Below, in pieces: positions 1 through 9,344 of a stretch of 64,000 nucleotides of DNA. The notes beneath the pieces were generated by a model. It saw only the letters and a list, made by a program, of their open reading frames with translations, ran no database searches and was not told where the DNA came from. Position 1 is the stretch's first letter; every line of letters begins with the position of its first letter. The stretch comes from an uncultured virus (IMG/VR IMGVR_UViG_3300005512_000015) (Duplodnaviria > Heunggongvirae > Uroviricota > Caudoviricetes), in IMG/VR virus record IMGVR_UViG_3300005512_000015. The stretch is one strand, 5' to 3'. The position numbers were made by a program, and so were the translations under genes.

Positions 1-1413
1 GTTATTCAATAAAAAGTTTTCATATCCAGTTAGGAACGCATCAGCAATAACAAGCTTTTTATTGAAACAAGCAAAGAATTTAGATATGTTAATTGAACTA
101 TTATTAAGGTTTGATCTACTATGTGTCATTAACGAGATAAACTCATCCATAATAATAATATCAAATTGCTTGATGTTGTATTTCCAAAGTGAATCATATT
201 GACAAATTAATGAATCATTTTGATTGTATTGGTCTTTGTTATAAACCTTAATGTCATACTTTTTACCAAAATCTTCTGCAACTGATATACGGTTTGTTAT
301 AATAAGAACACGCATATCTTGCTCGTGACATTCATCAATAATATGACCAATAACTGTTGATTTACCAGTACCCATTGCTGAACGAATAGAAAGTAAACCG
401 TTATCATTGTTTATGAATGTTTGAACAGTGTCAGCAATTTCATCAGATATTTCCAAGTACTTTTCATTAACAGTAACAACATTTGTATCAGTATTGAACT
501 CCAAGAATTCAGCATCATAGTTGATTTCTTTTTTCATCAACTCTTTTGCAACTGGAAGCTTACGTACACTATCAAAAATGTTTAATGACTTTGTACTATT
601 GCCATGATGCATAGTATATGGTGAAGCACTGAACCAGAAATAACCACCAGGAGATTTCTTTTCAGATGGATGTTTGAATGAAATACTATCATTAGGATTG
701 TTTTTGATAGCAACGAAACCAAGGTTTTGGAATACTTTTAGACAAAGCTTTTCCATACTGTCAGCTTCAATGTTTTCAAGTTCAGAAATATTGATTTGAA
801 CACCTTCACCAATATATTCTTTCTTGATTTCATTGATGTGTTCAATTGCTTCTTGTTTTTTGAACTTGAAAAGAGAACCATTTTCATTATTAAGCAATAC
901 GTTGTTTTTAAGGATAGGAGCATTCAACGATGCTTTTCTTGATGCAGACTCATCCATAGTACAGATGTGACCAAGATCATGATGGATATTAGAAATAGCA
1001 AGTTTTAGATGTTCGTGAGGAATACATTCGGTAAATAGGATACCCTTCATATTGAAGCAATTGATGCCATTGTACGACTTTGATTCACCAAGAATAACTC
1101 TGTAATCTTTGAAGTACTCAAGGATTTTGTTTTTGTCTTCTTCAGTTTTTACGTCATCAATATCAAGAATGAAATAATCAGAGCAATCCTTGTAGAAAGG
1201 TTCCAAGTTAGCTTTGCGTCTGAATGTACGAGTAGGTTTTTCTAGCTTTTCCAATGGAATATTCAGAATGAAGTGTGATACCATTACAGAATACATTTGA
1301 AGATTTGAAGTAGCCTCGTGTGTTTCAAATACAAATGTATTATCATCATACGGAGACATTGGAGTTTTACTCATTGTCTTCTTTGCATGGAAAATAGTAA
1401 TCTTTTCCGTCAT
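1..1413 (-). CDS. Primase-polymerase-like (AEP) N-terminus fused to UL9/origin-binding-like SF2 helicase; C-terminus runs off the window edge
   Basis: Not in the ORF track; hand-translated from ATG 1413 (SD AAGGATAG). Contains FILDIDD (DxD), Walker A RSAMGTGKS, ITNR, Walker B IIMDE and LVIADAFL. Confidence 0.7.
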   Translation of the reverse strand, partial: MTEKITIFHAKKTMSKTPMSPYDDNTFVFETHEATSNLQMYSVMVSHFILNIPLEKLEKPTRTFRRKANLEPFYKDCSDYFILDIDDVKTEEDKNKILEYFKDYRVILGESKSYNGINCFNMKGILFTECIPHEHLKLAISNIHHDLGHICTMDESASRKASLNAPILKNNVLLNNENGSLFKFKKQEAIEHINEIKKEYIGEGVQINISELENIEADSMEKLCLKVFQNLGFVAIKNNPNDSISFKHPSEKKSPGGYFWFSASPYTMHHGNSTKSLNIFDSVRKLPVAKELMKKEINYDAEFLEFNTDTNVVTVNEKYLEISDEIADTVQTFINNDNGLLSIRSAMGTGKSTVIGHIIDECHEQDMRVLIITNRISVAEDFGKKYDIKVYNKDQYNQNDSLICQYDSLWKYNIKQFDIIIMDEFISLMTHSRSNLNNSSINISKFFACFNKKLVIADAFLTGYENFLLNN

Positions 1414-1447
1414 ATCTATCCTTTACCTATTAAGTTTTTATGTATTT

Positions 1448-1469
1448 ATTATAACATGATTTCCGTTAA
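1448..1469 (-). promoter_or_regulatory. TTAA-N12-TATAAT promoter (putative middle class)
   Basis: One of about 17 copies with identical spacing. Confidence 0.65.
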
Positions 1470-1490
1470 AGTTTGACTAAATCAGAGAGC

Positions 1491-1522
1491 AAAAAAGGGC
1501 ACCTAAATGAATAGATACCCTT
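1491..1522 (-). terminator. Rho-independent terminator
   Basis: AAGGGTATCTA-TTCATT-TAGGTGCCCTT hairpin followed by a T run. Confidence 0.75.
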
Positions 1523-1544
1523 ATTATAACAAACCATTGTTTAA

Positions 1545-1775
1545 TTAACCACCAAACTCGTGACCAGCAACTCTTTTCATTTGTTTAGTAAATTCTTCGA
1601 ATGAAGGCTTCTTTTTGTAAAGTTTAATAGAAATTTCATTTCTTTCTTTACCTTTGATACGCCATTTATATCCATCTGCTATATGGTCTGGGTCAGTAGT
1701 TTTTACAACTCTACGTTTGTAACCATCTTCCCATGTTTCAGATTTTTTCTCATTTAAAAATTCAGAAAATTTCAT
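1545..1775 (-). CDS. Putative internal head protein
   Basis: N-terminus MKFSEFLNE resembles the T4 capsid-targeting sequence; in a late operon. Confidence 0.55.
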   Translation of the reverse strand: MKFSEFLNEKKSETWEDGYKRRVVKTTDPDHIADGYKWRIKGKERNEISIKLYKKKPSFEEFTKQMKRVAGHEFGG

Positions 1776-1785
1776 AATAACAACC

Positions 1786-2436
1786 TTATTTTACTTTAGC
1801 AGCTAAATCAGCGTCAGCCTTACCCCAAGTACCAGAAGACATCGTAGCAAAAGAATTAACTCTCGCTAAACCCCATTGAATTGGAGTAGTTCCAGGTCGG
1901 TGACTTGTTTTCCAAGCAGCTACACCTCTATCAAATACTTGTTTTAAGATATTATATGGCATACCAGATTGTTCAGCTTTTTTCTTTAAAGCAGCCGTCG
2001 CGTCACCTTCATCAAGCTCAATTGTTTCAATTGATTCTTTTATAGCTTCTACTTCAGCTCCTTTAGGGAAGCCTTTAACATTATCTTTAAATCCTAAAGC
2101 GTCCATCTTAGATCTAAACCAAATATCATCACATGTACGCAGTCTAGTAACCGGGCTTATATAACAAACAGTTGCTTTAACGTTATATGGTCCTATTTGA
2201 GTTAACTTATAGTTACGTTGAGTTCTGCGTGATTCATCGACTTCTTCAGTTTCACCAAACATTTGTTTGAACTTTTTAGTGTGTTTAGAAGGTTTAGTTT
2301 TAGCGGTTGCATCACCAGGTGCAGGTTTATATGCTTCGGGATCATCGTCATCCATTTTAGCTTGTTTGTTAAACTGTGCTTTTCTTTTAGCTAAAGTAGA
2401 CTTTGAAAGTTCGTTTAATAGCTCTTTGAAAGACAT
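1786..2436 (-). CDS. Putative internal head protein with DUF5824-like C-terminal domain
   Basis: Start revised to MSFKELLNE (TAATG overlap); C-terminal motif RGVAAWKTSHRPGTTPIQWGLARVNSF. Confidence 0.55.
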   Translation of the reverse strand: MSFKELLNELSKSTLAKRKAQFNKQAKMDDDDPEAYKPAPGDATAKTKPSKHTKKFKQMFGETEEVDESRRTQRNYKLTQIGPYNVKATVCYISPVTRLRTCDDIWFRSKMDALGFKDNVKGFPKGAEVEAIKESIETIELDEGDATAALKKKAEQSGMPYNILKQVFDRGVAAWKTSHRPGTTPIQWGLARVNSFATMSSGTWGKADADLAAKVK

Positions 2437-2603
2437 TAGTCTGATTCCTTTTCGCCTTTCCAACCAGCATCAACTTCATCAAAGAATTTCTTCTTAGTTT
2501 CAGCATCTAATTCAGATGGATTATCAACACCATATTTCTTTAGCATTTTAGCAAAAAACTCTTTGTAAGTTTCTTCTTCTTGTAAAAACTGTTTAAATTT
2601 CAT
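2436..2603 (-). CDS. 55-aa putative internal head protein
   Basis: Below ORF-track cutoff; MKFKQFLQEEETYKEFFAKMLKKYGVDNPSEL...; AAGGA SD; coupled to the next gene. Confidence 0.65.
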   Translation of the reverse strand: MKFKQFLQEEETYKEFFAKMLKKYGVDNPSELDAETKKKFFDEVDAGWKGEKESD

Positions 2604-2615
2604 TTTGTAATCCTT

Positions 2616-2882
2616 TTAATCTACAATAAATACAGATTTGTTTTTAATTTTGATTGTAAAATCTTTTAAAAGATCTTTAATTTCTTCTTCTTCATATTTT
2701 TTAGCGAAGTCAATTTGCGTTCCAAAAGAAGTTGGAGTAACTAGTTTGATTTTGAAACCAGCTCCTCTAAGTATTTCTTCAGGTTTTTTCGCCTCTTGAA
2801 TAGCTGAGGTTTTAGACTCAGCCAAGATTGTTTCGCTTTTTGCAATAACTTTTTCATCTTTAAGTATCTTTAAAAAGCCCAT
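2616..2882 (-). CDS. Hypothetical late protein (CTS-like start, LAE/IQE sites)
   Basis: ORF with GAGG SD in a late operon. Confidence 0.55.
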   Translation of the reverse strand: MGFLKILKDEKVIAKSETILAESKTSAIQEAKKPEEILRGAGFKIKLVTPTSFGTQIDFAKKYEEEEIKDLLKDFTIKIKNKSVFIVD

Positions 2883-2892
2883 TTTGAACCTC

Positions 2893-3753
2893 TTATACGT
2901 TAATGTCGAATTTGAACATCATCTCATTATCAGTTGCGTGTAATGGAGATGCAGTTACTGCAAATCTGTTATAGATGTGATATGTAGCTTCGCCAGAATC
3001 TGGATTAATTGCTTCAACAACTTCATCTCTATACGGCGAGAATACACCAGCTGATTTACTTGGGTTAGTAGTATCTACTAAACCAACATAAGCTGTAATA
3101 CTTGTAGCATCTGGATTCATAAAGATTTTAGTTTTACCAACTTTAGCCAAGAATAAACCAGACTCTTCAGCTTGATTCATAGCGGCAAATGCAGCACCAG
3201 CAATATATGGTACAACAACAAATGCTTCATATGTTCTTTGATTTAATGAGTTAGCTTTTAAAACTAGTTCGTGAGCTCTTTGAGTAACTTCTCTGTAGAT
3301 AGTTGTAGCATTTGTGCTATCAGAAAGATCTAGATCAGCTTCATCTTTACATTCAGCTTCTAAGAAAGCTAATGTTGCGGTATTTTCTTGATCATTAGCT
3401 AATCCTCTTAAAAGAGTACCAATGATAGAGTCTGCTTCTTTACCGTGTTGTGATCTTAAATCTTGAATAGCTTCTTGAGAAATACCAGTGCTAATTGATT
3501 CACTGTTTTCTACTTCTACATCAGCTCTAACTAATTCAAAATCATTAGCTCCAGCCTTTTTTCTGATATTGAACAATGCGGCCGTAGGACCATTCATTGG
3601 AATAACAGAAAAGATTTGTCTACCTAGTGATGGTAGCGCAGTTTGTTGATACATTACATTGACAGATAAATTCTCGTCAGTTGTTGCGATCTCCGGAGCG
3701 TTTGGAGTCGATGTATCTTCAATCAAATTTTGTTTGATATCGATATTTTCCAT
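2893..3753 (-). CDS. gp23/gp24-family capsid (vertex-like) protein
   Basis: IFSVIPMNGPTAALFNIR resembles the gp23 motif VQPMxGPTxxIF; LIE maturation site; late promoter upstream. Confidence 0.7.
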   Translation of the reverse strand: MENIDIKQNLIEDTSTPNAPEIATTDENLSVNVMYQQTALPSLGRQIFSVIPMNGPTAALFNIRKKAGANDFELVRADVEVENSESISTGISQEAIQDLRSQHGKEADSIIGTLLRGLANDQENTATLAFLEAECKDEADLDLSDSTNATTIYREVTQRAHELVLKANSLNQRTYEAFVVVPYIAGAAFAAMNQAEESGLFLAKVGKTKIFMNPDATSITAYVGLVDTTNPSKSAGVFSPYRDEVVEAINPDSGEATYHIYNRFAVTASPLHATDNEMMFKFDINV

Positions 3754-3787
3754 AGTTATATCTTCCTTTTTTAAAAGTATTTTGTTT

Positions 3788-3803
3788 TATTTATATATTT
3801 ATA
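3788..3803 (-). promoter_or_regulatory. Tandem T4-type late promoters TATAAATA
   Basis: Two adjacent TATAAATA boxes upstream of the capsid-family gene. Confidence 0.75.
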
Positions 3804-3815
3804 TTGGAAGATTTA

Positions 3816-4493
3816 TTAAATATCTTGACTACAATGCGTCTTGAAGTCACACCAGTCGCACAATCTAGTTGGATTTTTTGCGTAGATCTCATCTTTTTCA
3901 ACGTTATTAATAAGCTCCATAAGCTGACTAACATAGTTATCTAGATATTGACGTTCTAAGATAATATCATTTTCCATATCTTCATGTTCAACATAAACAT
4001 ATGCTATTTTAATTTTATCGATGTTTGGGTAACGCTGAAAGAAATATATTCCATAAAACATTAACTGATCGTATTCTTGCCATTTTGGATCTTTATATTT
4101 TCCAGATTTCCAATCAACGAGATGTAACGTGTCATCAATTGTAGTAATGAAATCTATAGAGCCTCTAAACAATGCTTCTTTATCAGAATATTTTGTAGGA
4201 GTTAATTCTTCGGTTAACCCAAAGTCAAATTCTCTAATACTATCTTGTGTTAGATATTTTTCACCTAAATGAGTACGTACAAACTTATCTACAATATGTT
4301 GATACTGCGGAGCAAGCTTATGACGTGCCGGTTCAGGATAATGCTCAATAATAGAATGAACAGCTCCACCTTTCAGTAGAGCCGTAATGTCCATTTTATC
4401 CTTAGGAGCCTTATCAATATAGTTGTACTTAAACTTGCGGTTACAAGATTTATGAGTAGCAATTTTACTAAATGAATAAGGCTTAAATTTCAT
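3816..4493 (-). CDS. PD-(D/E)XK RecB/Cas4-like exonuclease
   Basis: RGSIDF...VDWKSGK, QLMFY; N-terminal Cys plus C-terminal CxxCxxxxxC Fe-S motif. Confidence 0.85.
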   Translation of the reverse strand: MKFKPYSFSKIATHKSCNRKFKYNYIDKAPKDKMDITALLKGGAVHSIIEHYPEPARHKLAPQYQHIVDKFVRTHLGEKYLTQDSIREFDFGLTEELTPTKYSDKEALFRGSIDFITTIDDTLHLVDWKSGKYKDPKWQEYDQLMFYGIYFFQRYPNIDKIKIAYVYVEHEDMENDIILERQYLDNYVSQLMELINNVEKDEIYAKNPTRLCDWCDFKTHCSQDI

Positions 4494-4495
4494 AA

Positions 4496-4783
4496 CTATT
4501 TCGCTATTAGTTGGCCAATAGAATCATCGATATCTGTATTAGATTCCAACCATTCTTTGATAGTTTCTTCTTCAAAGATTTCAGCATCTGATTTTTTCTT
4601 CTCAGCTTTGATCTTGTTTAGAATAGATGCGACTTTACCAGTAGGTACACCTTCTTCATTAAATTCTTCTTTAAGAGCTTTAATATCTTGATCCAATACT
4701 TTCTTTTGCATTTGAAGTTCTAGATACCTTTTAGTGAAATTTTCAATATTTTCTCTAGCTTCTTGTGATGATCTAATTTCCAT
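4496..4783 (-). CDS. DsbA/GapR-like dsDNA-binding protein
   Basis: Coiled-coil DQDIKALKEEFNEEG pattern; 95 aa; near rnh as in T4. Confidence 0.6.
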   Translation of the reverse strand: MEIRSSQEARENIENFTKRYLELQMQKKVLDQDIKALKEEFNEEGVPTGKVASILNKIKAEKKKSDAEIFEEETIKEWLESNTDIDDSIGQLIAK

Positions 4784-4800
4784 TCTTCTTTCCTTTTGTT

Positions 4801-5253
4801 TTATTTAAGTGCATCTTCAACGTACGCTTTGTATTCTTTATATCCGGCGTAATCGTTACAATTTACATATACGAATTCTGATGTAATTTTATCATTACCA
4901 TCAAAATCTTTAAATGTAACTGGGTGGCTTAAGTTAAAAATAACACGATTTTTCTTATCGCTATATTTAACTGAGCTAATTTCATTCTTATTAATAAATC
5001 CATTACCATTAATTTGATAAATGTAATTTTCGATAAAAAATTCATTTTGTGATAATGCTAATAAATTATTTGAAAAATCAACATGGTTGTGACTGTCCCA
5101 ATATACATAATCACTGATTAACTTAGACTTTCCGTAGCTAGATATTTCAATGTTGTAATTGAGATTAAAAATAATTCTATTCCTATCTTCTAAAATATTG
5201 ATATTAGATACGTTTTGTAAATTAACGATCCTATCTTTGGTTTGTAAAAACAA
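4801..5253 (-). CDS. Hypothetical protein with two internal repeats
   Basis: NRIIFNLN...ISDYVY and NRVIFNLS...TSEFVY; TTG start with SD. Confidence 0.7.
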   Translation of the reverse strand: MFLQTKDRIVNLQNVSNINILEDRNRIIFNLNYNIEISSYGKSKLISDYVYWDSHNHVDFSNNLLALSQNEFFIENYIYQINGNGFINKNEISSVKYSDKKNRVIFNLSHPVTFKDFDGNDKITSEFVYVNCNDYAGYKEYKAYVEDALK

Positions 5254-5276
5254 TTGTCCTTCTCCTTATTGATATT

Positions 5277-5298
5277 ATTATAACAAGACTTTGTTTAA
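5277..5298 (-). promoter_or_regulatory. TTAA-N12-TATAAT promoter
   Basis: Repeated motif. Confidence 0.6.
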
Positions 5299-6299
5299 AG
5301 TTTAGATTTAATTCGAACTTGAGCGGATATTCCGCTAAATATATTTTTTTGAATTATATCAGATACAACAATATCACTATGGTTTAGCATTAGTTCATTC
5401 ATATCTTTTTCAATGTACTTATCCGGTTGGATGTACACTTTATATTTCTTCGAATATTCTAAGCTATTTATTAAACCTGTTTTGTCATTATCAAGGACAA
5501 AGACTGGATGTTTTAATTCATTCAAACGATCATCTGGCATTTTAGCACCCATCAAAGCAATACTATTTGGTAGACCACCAGCAATGGAATCAAAGATGCC
5601 TTCATAAATGAATACTGGTTGATCTTTATTGATATTGAACCAATTCCAAATTTTATAACCAATGTTTGCGTCATGCATGTACGTATAGAATGTTTTATCT
5701 TTAATTGATCTTGAGTAGAAGCCATACATTTGTCCTTCAAAATATAAAGGAATAACGATAGCATCTGTGATCTTATAAAGAGTTTCACCAATTTTTAGAT
5801 CTTGGAAACCAAAGTACCATTTACCAAATTTTGATTCCTTATATTCAAAACCACGACCTTTAAGATAATCTAGAGCTTCTGGAACTGTAGATATATCTTT
5901 AAGGTATGGAGTTAAATCATGAATGAGAACCTCTTTTTCTTTAGGTTCTTCAACAGTCTTTTTAAATGAACCGAATACATCTTCAGTATCACCTTTAGCT
6001 AATTTAGCCATAGTGTTACCAAAGTTTTCGCGTTTGTATTGATTCAATAGAGCTGGGAAAAAATCTCTTAGAAATGAGTACACTGTTTTGTTATGTGCTG
6101 CGCAATCACCGTTAAAGCAATTGACATTAGTCACATTATTTTTGATGTACAAATGAAGTCTTTTCTTGTTTTTGTGAGTACGACTATCGCCGCATACTGG
6201 ACAACGAGCTGTAATGTCAACATCAGATTCCTTTCCAATGTTGTCCATTCCAACCGCTAACTTGAAGTATTTAATATCAAGTCTGTCTAACATATCCAT
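5295..6299 (-). CDS. gp61: DNA primase (T4 gp61-like)
   Basis: RCPVCGDS Zn finger; TOPRIM motifs EGIFD, LDND, KDMNE. Confidence 0.92.
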   Translation of the reverse strand: MDMLDRLDIKYFKLAVGMDNIGKESDVDITARCPVCGDSRTHKNKKRLHLYIKNNVTNVNCFNGDCAAHNKTVYSFLRDFFPALLNQYKRENFGNTMAKLAKGDTEDVFGSFKKTVEEPKEKEVLIHDLTPYLKDISTVPEALDYLKGRGFEYKESKFGKWYFGFQDLKIGETLYKITDAIVIPLYFEGQMYGFYSRSIKDKTFYTYMHDANIGYKIWNWFNINKDQPVFIYEGIFDSIAGGLPNSIALMGAKMPDDRLNELKHPVFVLDNDKTGLINSLEYSKKYKVYIQPDKYIEKDMNELMLNHSDIVVSDIIQKNIFSGISAQVRIKSKL

Positions 6300-6313
6300 C
6301 CTTCTTTATTTGG

Positions 6314-7417
6314 TTACCAACCAAAATCGTCAGCAGTAAGCTCTCTGTTAATTTTGAAGTGGTTAGGTAATTCCATTAATATAGATTGTAACTTGTTTTC
6401 CGTTAAATATTGTTCAAAATCTTTATCGTTATAATCCGCTCGTGCTTCTTTAAATTCGATAATAATTTTATTCCAAATATCTGAAGGAATACCTTCTTCC
6501 ATAACTAATGTAAAGTTACGGTCATAGTGTTCTCTATATAATGGATGAGAATCAAGCCAATTGTCTAATGAACCATGTTTTGCAACAGCTTTTGTAAGCG
6601 TACTTGGTCCAAAACGAATATCTTTGTAGATATCCTTAACGCCAGTTGATTCACCTTTACGATTTGTTTTGTAAACATCGAAATCTTCGAGTAATTTACG
6701 TTTGATATCACTATCAATGGGTGCTGCTTTGAATTCCATAGGATTAGCAATATTATATCCTTGATCAGATATAAAGTTGATAAACGTTTGTGTAAACTCT
6801 GTATGGTCAACAACTTTAGGTACATCATCCGAATCATCACCTAAAACAACATGTTCCATTATCCAATGTTCCATTGTTTCGTGTTTATTTTCAGGTACCA
6901 ACCATTTTTTAGTCAAAGCACTATATTGAAATACATTTTCAGTATTACGTTGTGCTTGAATCATATCTTTATCTGGTGAATGAATTAGAATCTTTTCAGA
7001 TCTATTAAATTCTTTTGCTAGTACTAGCATAGTATCATCAGCTTCAGCTTTTGGTACTTCAATTACTTTCCAAGGAAGGTTTGTTTTAATTTGTTCAATT
7101 AAACCATCTACTTCAGCGAATACTTCACCAAAGTTTACTTCCGATTCTTCTCTACCACTCTTACGTCTATGTTTATAACCTGGAAAAAAGTCTTTTCTCC
7201 AATATCCATCGGCAGATTTATCTAAGCAAATAATAATATCTCCAAATTGTTGTCCAAACTCTTGTTTAATTTGGAACAACTCTTGGAAGATATAGTATTT
7301 AGTCAAGCCTATAAAGTCGCTAGTAAGAAATTTACCATCAACTTTTTTAGGCTTGGCTTGAGCTATAGAAGTATGAATCTTTCTATGAATAATAGAACTA
7401 AAATCTATTAATATCAT
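6314..7417 (-). CDS. rnh: T4-type RNase H / 5'-3' exonuclease
   Basis: LIDFS, YWRKD..YK..R, EADD, SPDKDMIQ, GDDSDDVP. Confidence 0.9.
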   Translation of the reverse strand: MILIDFSSIIHRKIHTSIAQAKPKKVDGKFLTSDFIGLTKYYIFQELFQIKQEFGQQFGDIIICLDKSADGYWRKDFFPGYKHRRKSGREESEVNFGEVFAEVDGLIEQIKTNLPWKVIEVPKAEADDTMLVLAKEFNRSEKILIHSPDKDMIQAQRNTENVFQYSALTKKWLVPENKHETMEHWIMEHVVLGDDSDDVPKVVDHTEFTQTFINFISDQGYNIANPMEFKAAPIDSDIKRKLLEDFDVYKTNRKGESTGVKDIYKDIRFGPSTLTKAVAKHGSLDNWLDSHPLYREHYDRNFTLVMEEGIPSDIWNKIIIEFKEARADYNDKDFEQYLTENKLQSILMELPNHFKINRELTADDFGW

Positions 7418-7448
7418 TATTATACCTCCTAGCTAAGGGGAGAACCCC

Positions 7449-8390
7449 TTAAACTAGTCCATTAAGCAAGTCGTCTAAACTGTCTGCTTTTTTAGGTTCA
7501 GGGGCTGGTTGAGCTGCTGCAACTGGTGCTGCAACTGGTTCAGGAGCGACTGCCGCTGGTTGAGCTGGAGTAACTTCTTGAACTGGTGCAACTGCTGGAG
7601 CCACTTCAGCCGTCAATGGAGCAGATGGAGCCACTACTTCTTGATCACTGAATGTTACCCAAGCTTTCTTTTTAACCAATTCATCGTAAGACATAAATGA
7701 TTCAGGTTTCATAAGATCTGAAAGTTTGTAAGTATTAGATTTGATATCTTCTAATGCTGCTTCAACAGAATCATAAATTGAAGTAACTTCATTGATAACT
7801 TCAGAAGCATCATAGTTGATAATACCGTTTGCACCACGTTTAGATACTAAACGGAATGAGTTACCAGCTAATGGGTTGAACATTTCTTTAGGAACTGCAC
7901 CTAGCGATCTATCTTGTTCAGATGGGTCAACTGCTTGTTGGATTTTATCCTTCATCATACCAGACATTTCAAATAAGAAGATTTTACCTTCGTTGGCTGG
8001 GTTAGCTGGATCTTTAAGAACTTTAATGTTAGCTAGGTATTTAACACCACGACCATACATTTTAGCACCTTCTTTATCACCGGCATTCCATAGGTTTTGC
8101 CATTCTTCTTGGAAAGGGCAAGGTTGACCAATTGTGCTTGGAGAGAATTCAGAAACGAAACGTTTCTTACCATTTTTAGTAATTGTCGTATTGATTTTGA
8201 ACATTTTCTGAATCATACCTTTTTCAGAATCAGGTAAGAAACGAATTAGAGCGGCACCGTTACCCTCTTTGTCCTTTTGAAGCTTATAGAATCTTTCATC
8301 TACAGCGTATTTGTTGGTTGCTTGTGCGAATGGGTCTACTCCCATTGCTTCTTTCATTGCGTCAAAGTTAAATGCGTTTGCGTCGATCAT
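7449..8390 (-). CDS. gp32: Single-stranded DNA-binding protein gp32
   Basis: DERFYKL..DKEGNGAALIRFLP, KDPANPANEGKIF; acidic tail SLDDLL. Confidence 0.92.
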   Translation of the reverse strand: MIDANAFNFDAMKEAMGVDPFAQATNKYAVDERFYKLQKDKEGNGAALIRFLPDSEKGMIQKMFKINTTITKNGKKRFVSEFSPSTIGQPCPFQEEWQNLWNAGDKEGAKMYGRGVKYLANIKVLKDPANPANEGKIFLFEMSGMMKDKIQQAVDPSEQDRSLGAVPKEMFNPLAGNSFRLVSKRGANGIINYDASEVINEVTSIYDSVEAALEDIKSNTYKLSDLMKPESFMSYDELVKKKAWVTFSDQEVVAPSAPLTAEVAPAVAPVQEVTPAQPAAVAPEPVAAPVAAAQPAPEPKKADSLDDLLNGLV

Positions 8391-8432
8391 ATTATTTCCT
8401 TTTAGTCGATTATTTCGAATAGTTCATGTTTA

Positions 8433-8498
8433 AAGTCACATTGGACTTACCTCTATGCTACAAAACAGTGTAGCGGCTGTTTGAGTACCTGTTACTCA
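8433..8498 (-). promoter_or_regulatory. Structured gene-32 leader (hairpins plus candidate pseudoknot operator)
   Basis: UGAGUA/UACUCA hairpin; crossing helices AACAG/CUGUU and GCUACA/UGUAGC; AAGUC/GACUU hairpin. Confidence 0.45.
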
Positions 8499-8505
8499 TA
8501 CAATA

Positions 8506-8527
8506 ATTATAACAAATAGTTGATTAA
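8506..8527 (-). promoter_or_regulatory. TTAA-N12-TATAAT promoter of gp32
   Basis: Repeated motif. Confidence 0.65.
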
Positions 8528-8582
8528 TAATTGTATGAATAACAGAAGGAAATCTAAATTAAATTTCCTTATGTATTTTTAT

Positions 8583-9287
8583 TTATACCTTAACAGACAT
8601 CAATACTTTGAAACCTTCAAGTGATTTGTTCAACATTAGAATTCTGTAAGAATCCCTAGCTGAGTTGTATTTTACTTCAACTGTATAATCAGATACTGGT
8701 AACATTTTAAAGTTATCTACAGGAATTTTGATTTCAAATTCTTTAGATGTATTTGCTGATTTAGTAACACTGAATGTATTTGACTTAGCGTTGAACTTAT
8801 TAGTTGCACCAAGAGAAACTTTCATATCACCATCTTGAGATACAAATAATACTTCAGATAGATCTTTGAATACGCCAGTTGCAGACTTTAATGATTTGAT
8901 ATCATCAACACCAAGATCAAAACTAGCTACCGATGGAACAGCTTCAGTCTTTTCAAATTGAGCAGGTTCTTTGTTGTAAGCATCCATTAATGCCAAGTTA
9001 TCCATAATGTAAGATGATGATGTGTTACCACCACTAACACTAATAGTATTTGCATCAATATCAACAGTACGATCTTCAGGGAATAGTTTGAATAGATTTA
9101 AGAAATCAGATAAAGAATCTTTCAATCCGATATCAGGGAATTGATCACCATCAAGTGCTGCGATATCTACTAGTAACATCATATCCTGCGATTCAGATAC
9201 TGCTACTGTTTGCGGGTATTTAAGAATAACTGAATTAGTTACACTATTTAGTTGTGACAATACGTCAGTAACATTTTTATTAAACAT
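8583..9287 (-). CDS. gp45: Sliding clamp gp45
   Basis: Start revised to MFNKNV; L..LNSVTNSV, LSDFLNL and NFKMLPVSDYTVEV resemble gp45; size and context fit. Confidence 0.8.
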   Translation of the reverse strand: MFNKNVTDVLSQLNSVTNSVILKYPQTVAVSESQDMMLLVDIAALDGDQFPDIGLKDSLSDFLNLFKLFPEDRTVDIDANTISVSGGNTSSSYIMDNLALMDAYNKEPAQFEKTEAVPSVASFDLGVDDIKSLKSATGVFKDLSEVLFVSQDGDMKVSLGATNKFNAKSNTFSVTKSANTSKEFEIKIPVDNFKMLPVSDYTVEVKYNSARDSYRILMLNKSLEGFKVLMSVKV

Positions 9288-9315
9288 TTGCTTTCCTTCT
9301 TTGTTTGGATGATTT

Positions 9316-9337
9316 ATTATATCCAATACTTTATTAA
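9316..9337 (-). promoter_or_regulatory. TTAA-N12-TATAAT promoter
   Basis: Repeated motif. Confidence 0.65.
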
Positions 9338-9344
9338 TAATTGA

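Noticed and set aside
738..923. 61-aa minus-strand ORF from the track
   Set aside because: Out-of-frame shadow inside the 1-1413 gene
3816..4493. Cas4-like nuclease suggesting CRISPR
   Set aside because: No repeat-spacer array or other cas gene seen; stand-alone Cas4/RecB-like nucleases are common in phages
7495..7635. Repetitive GCT/CCA-rich DNA
   Set aside because: Encodes the Ala/Pro linker of gp32; not an independent repeat
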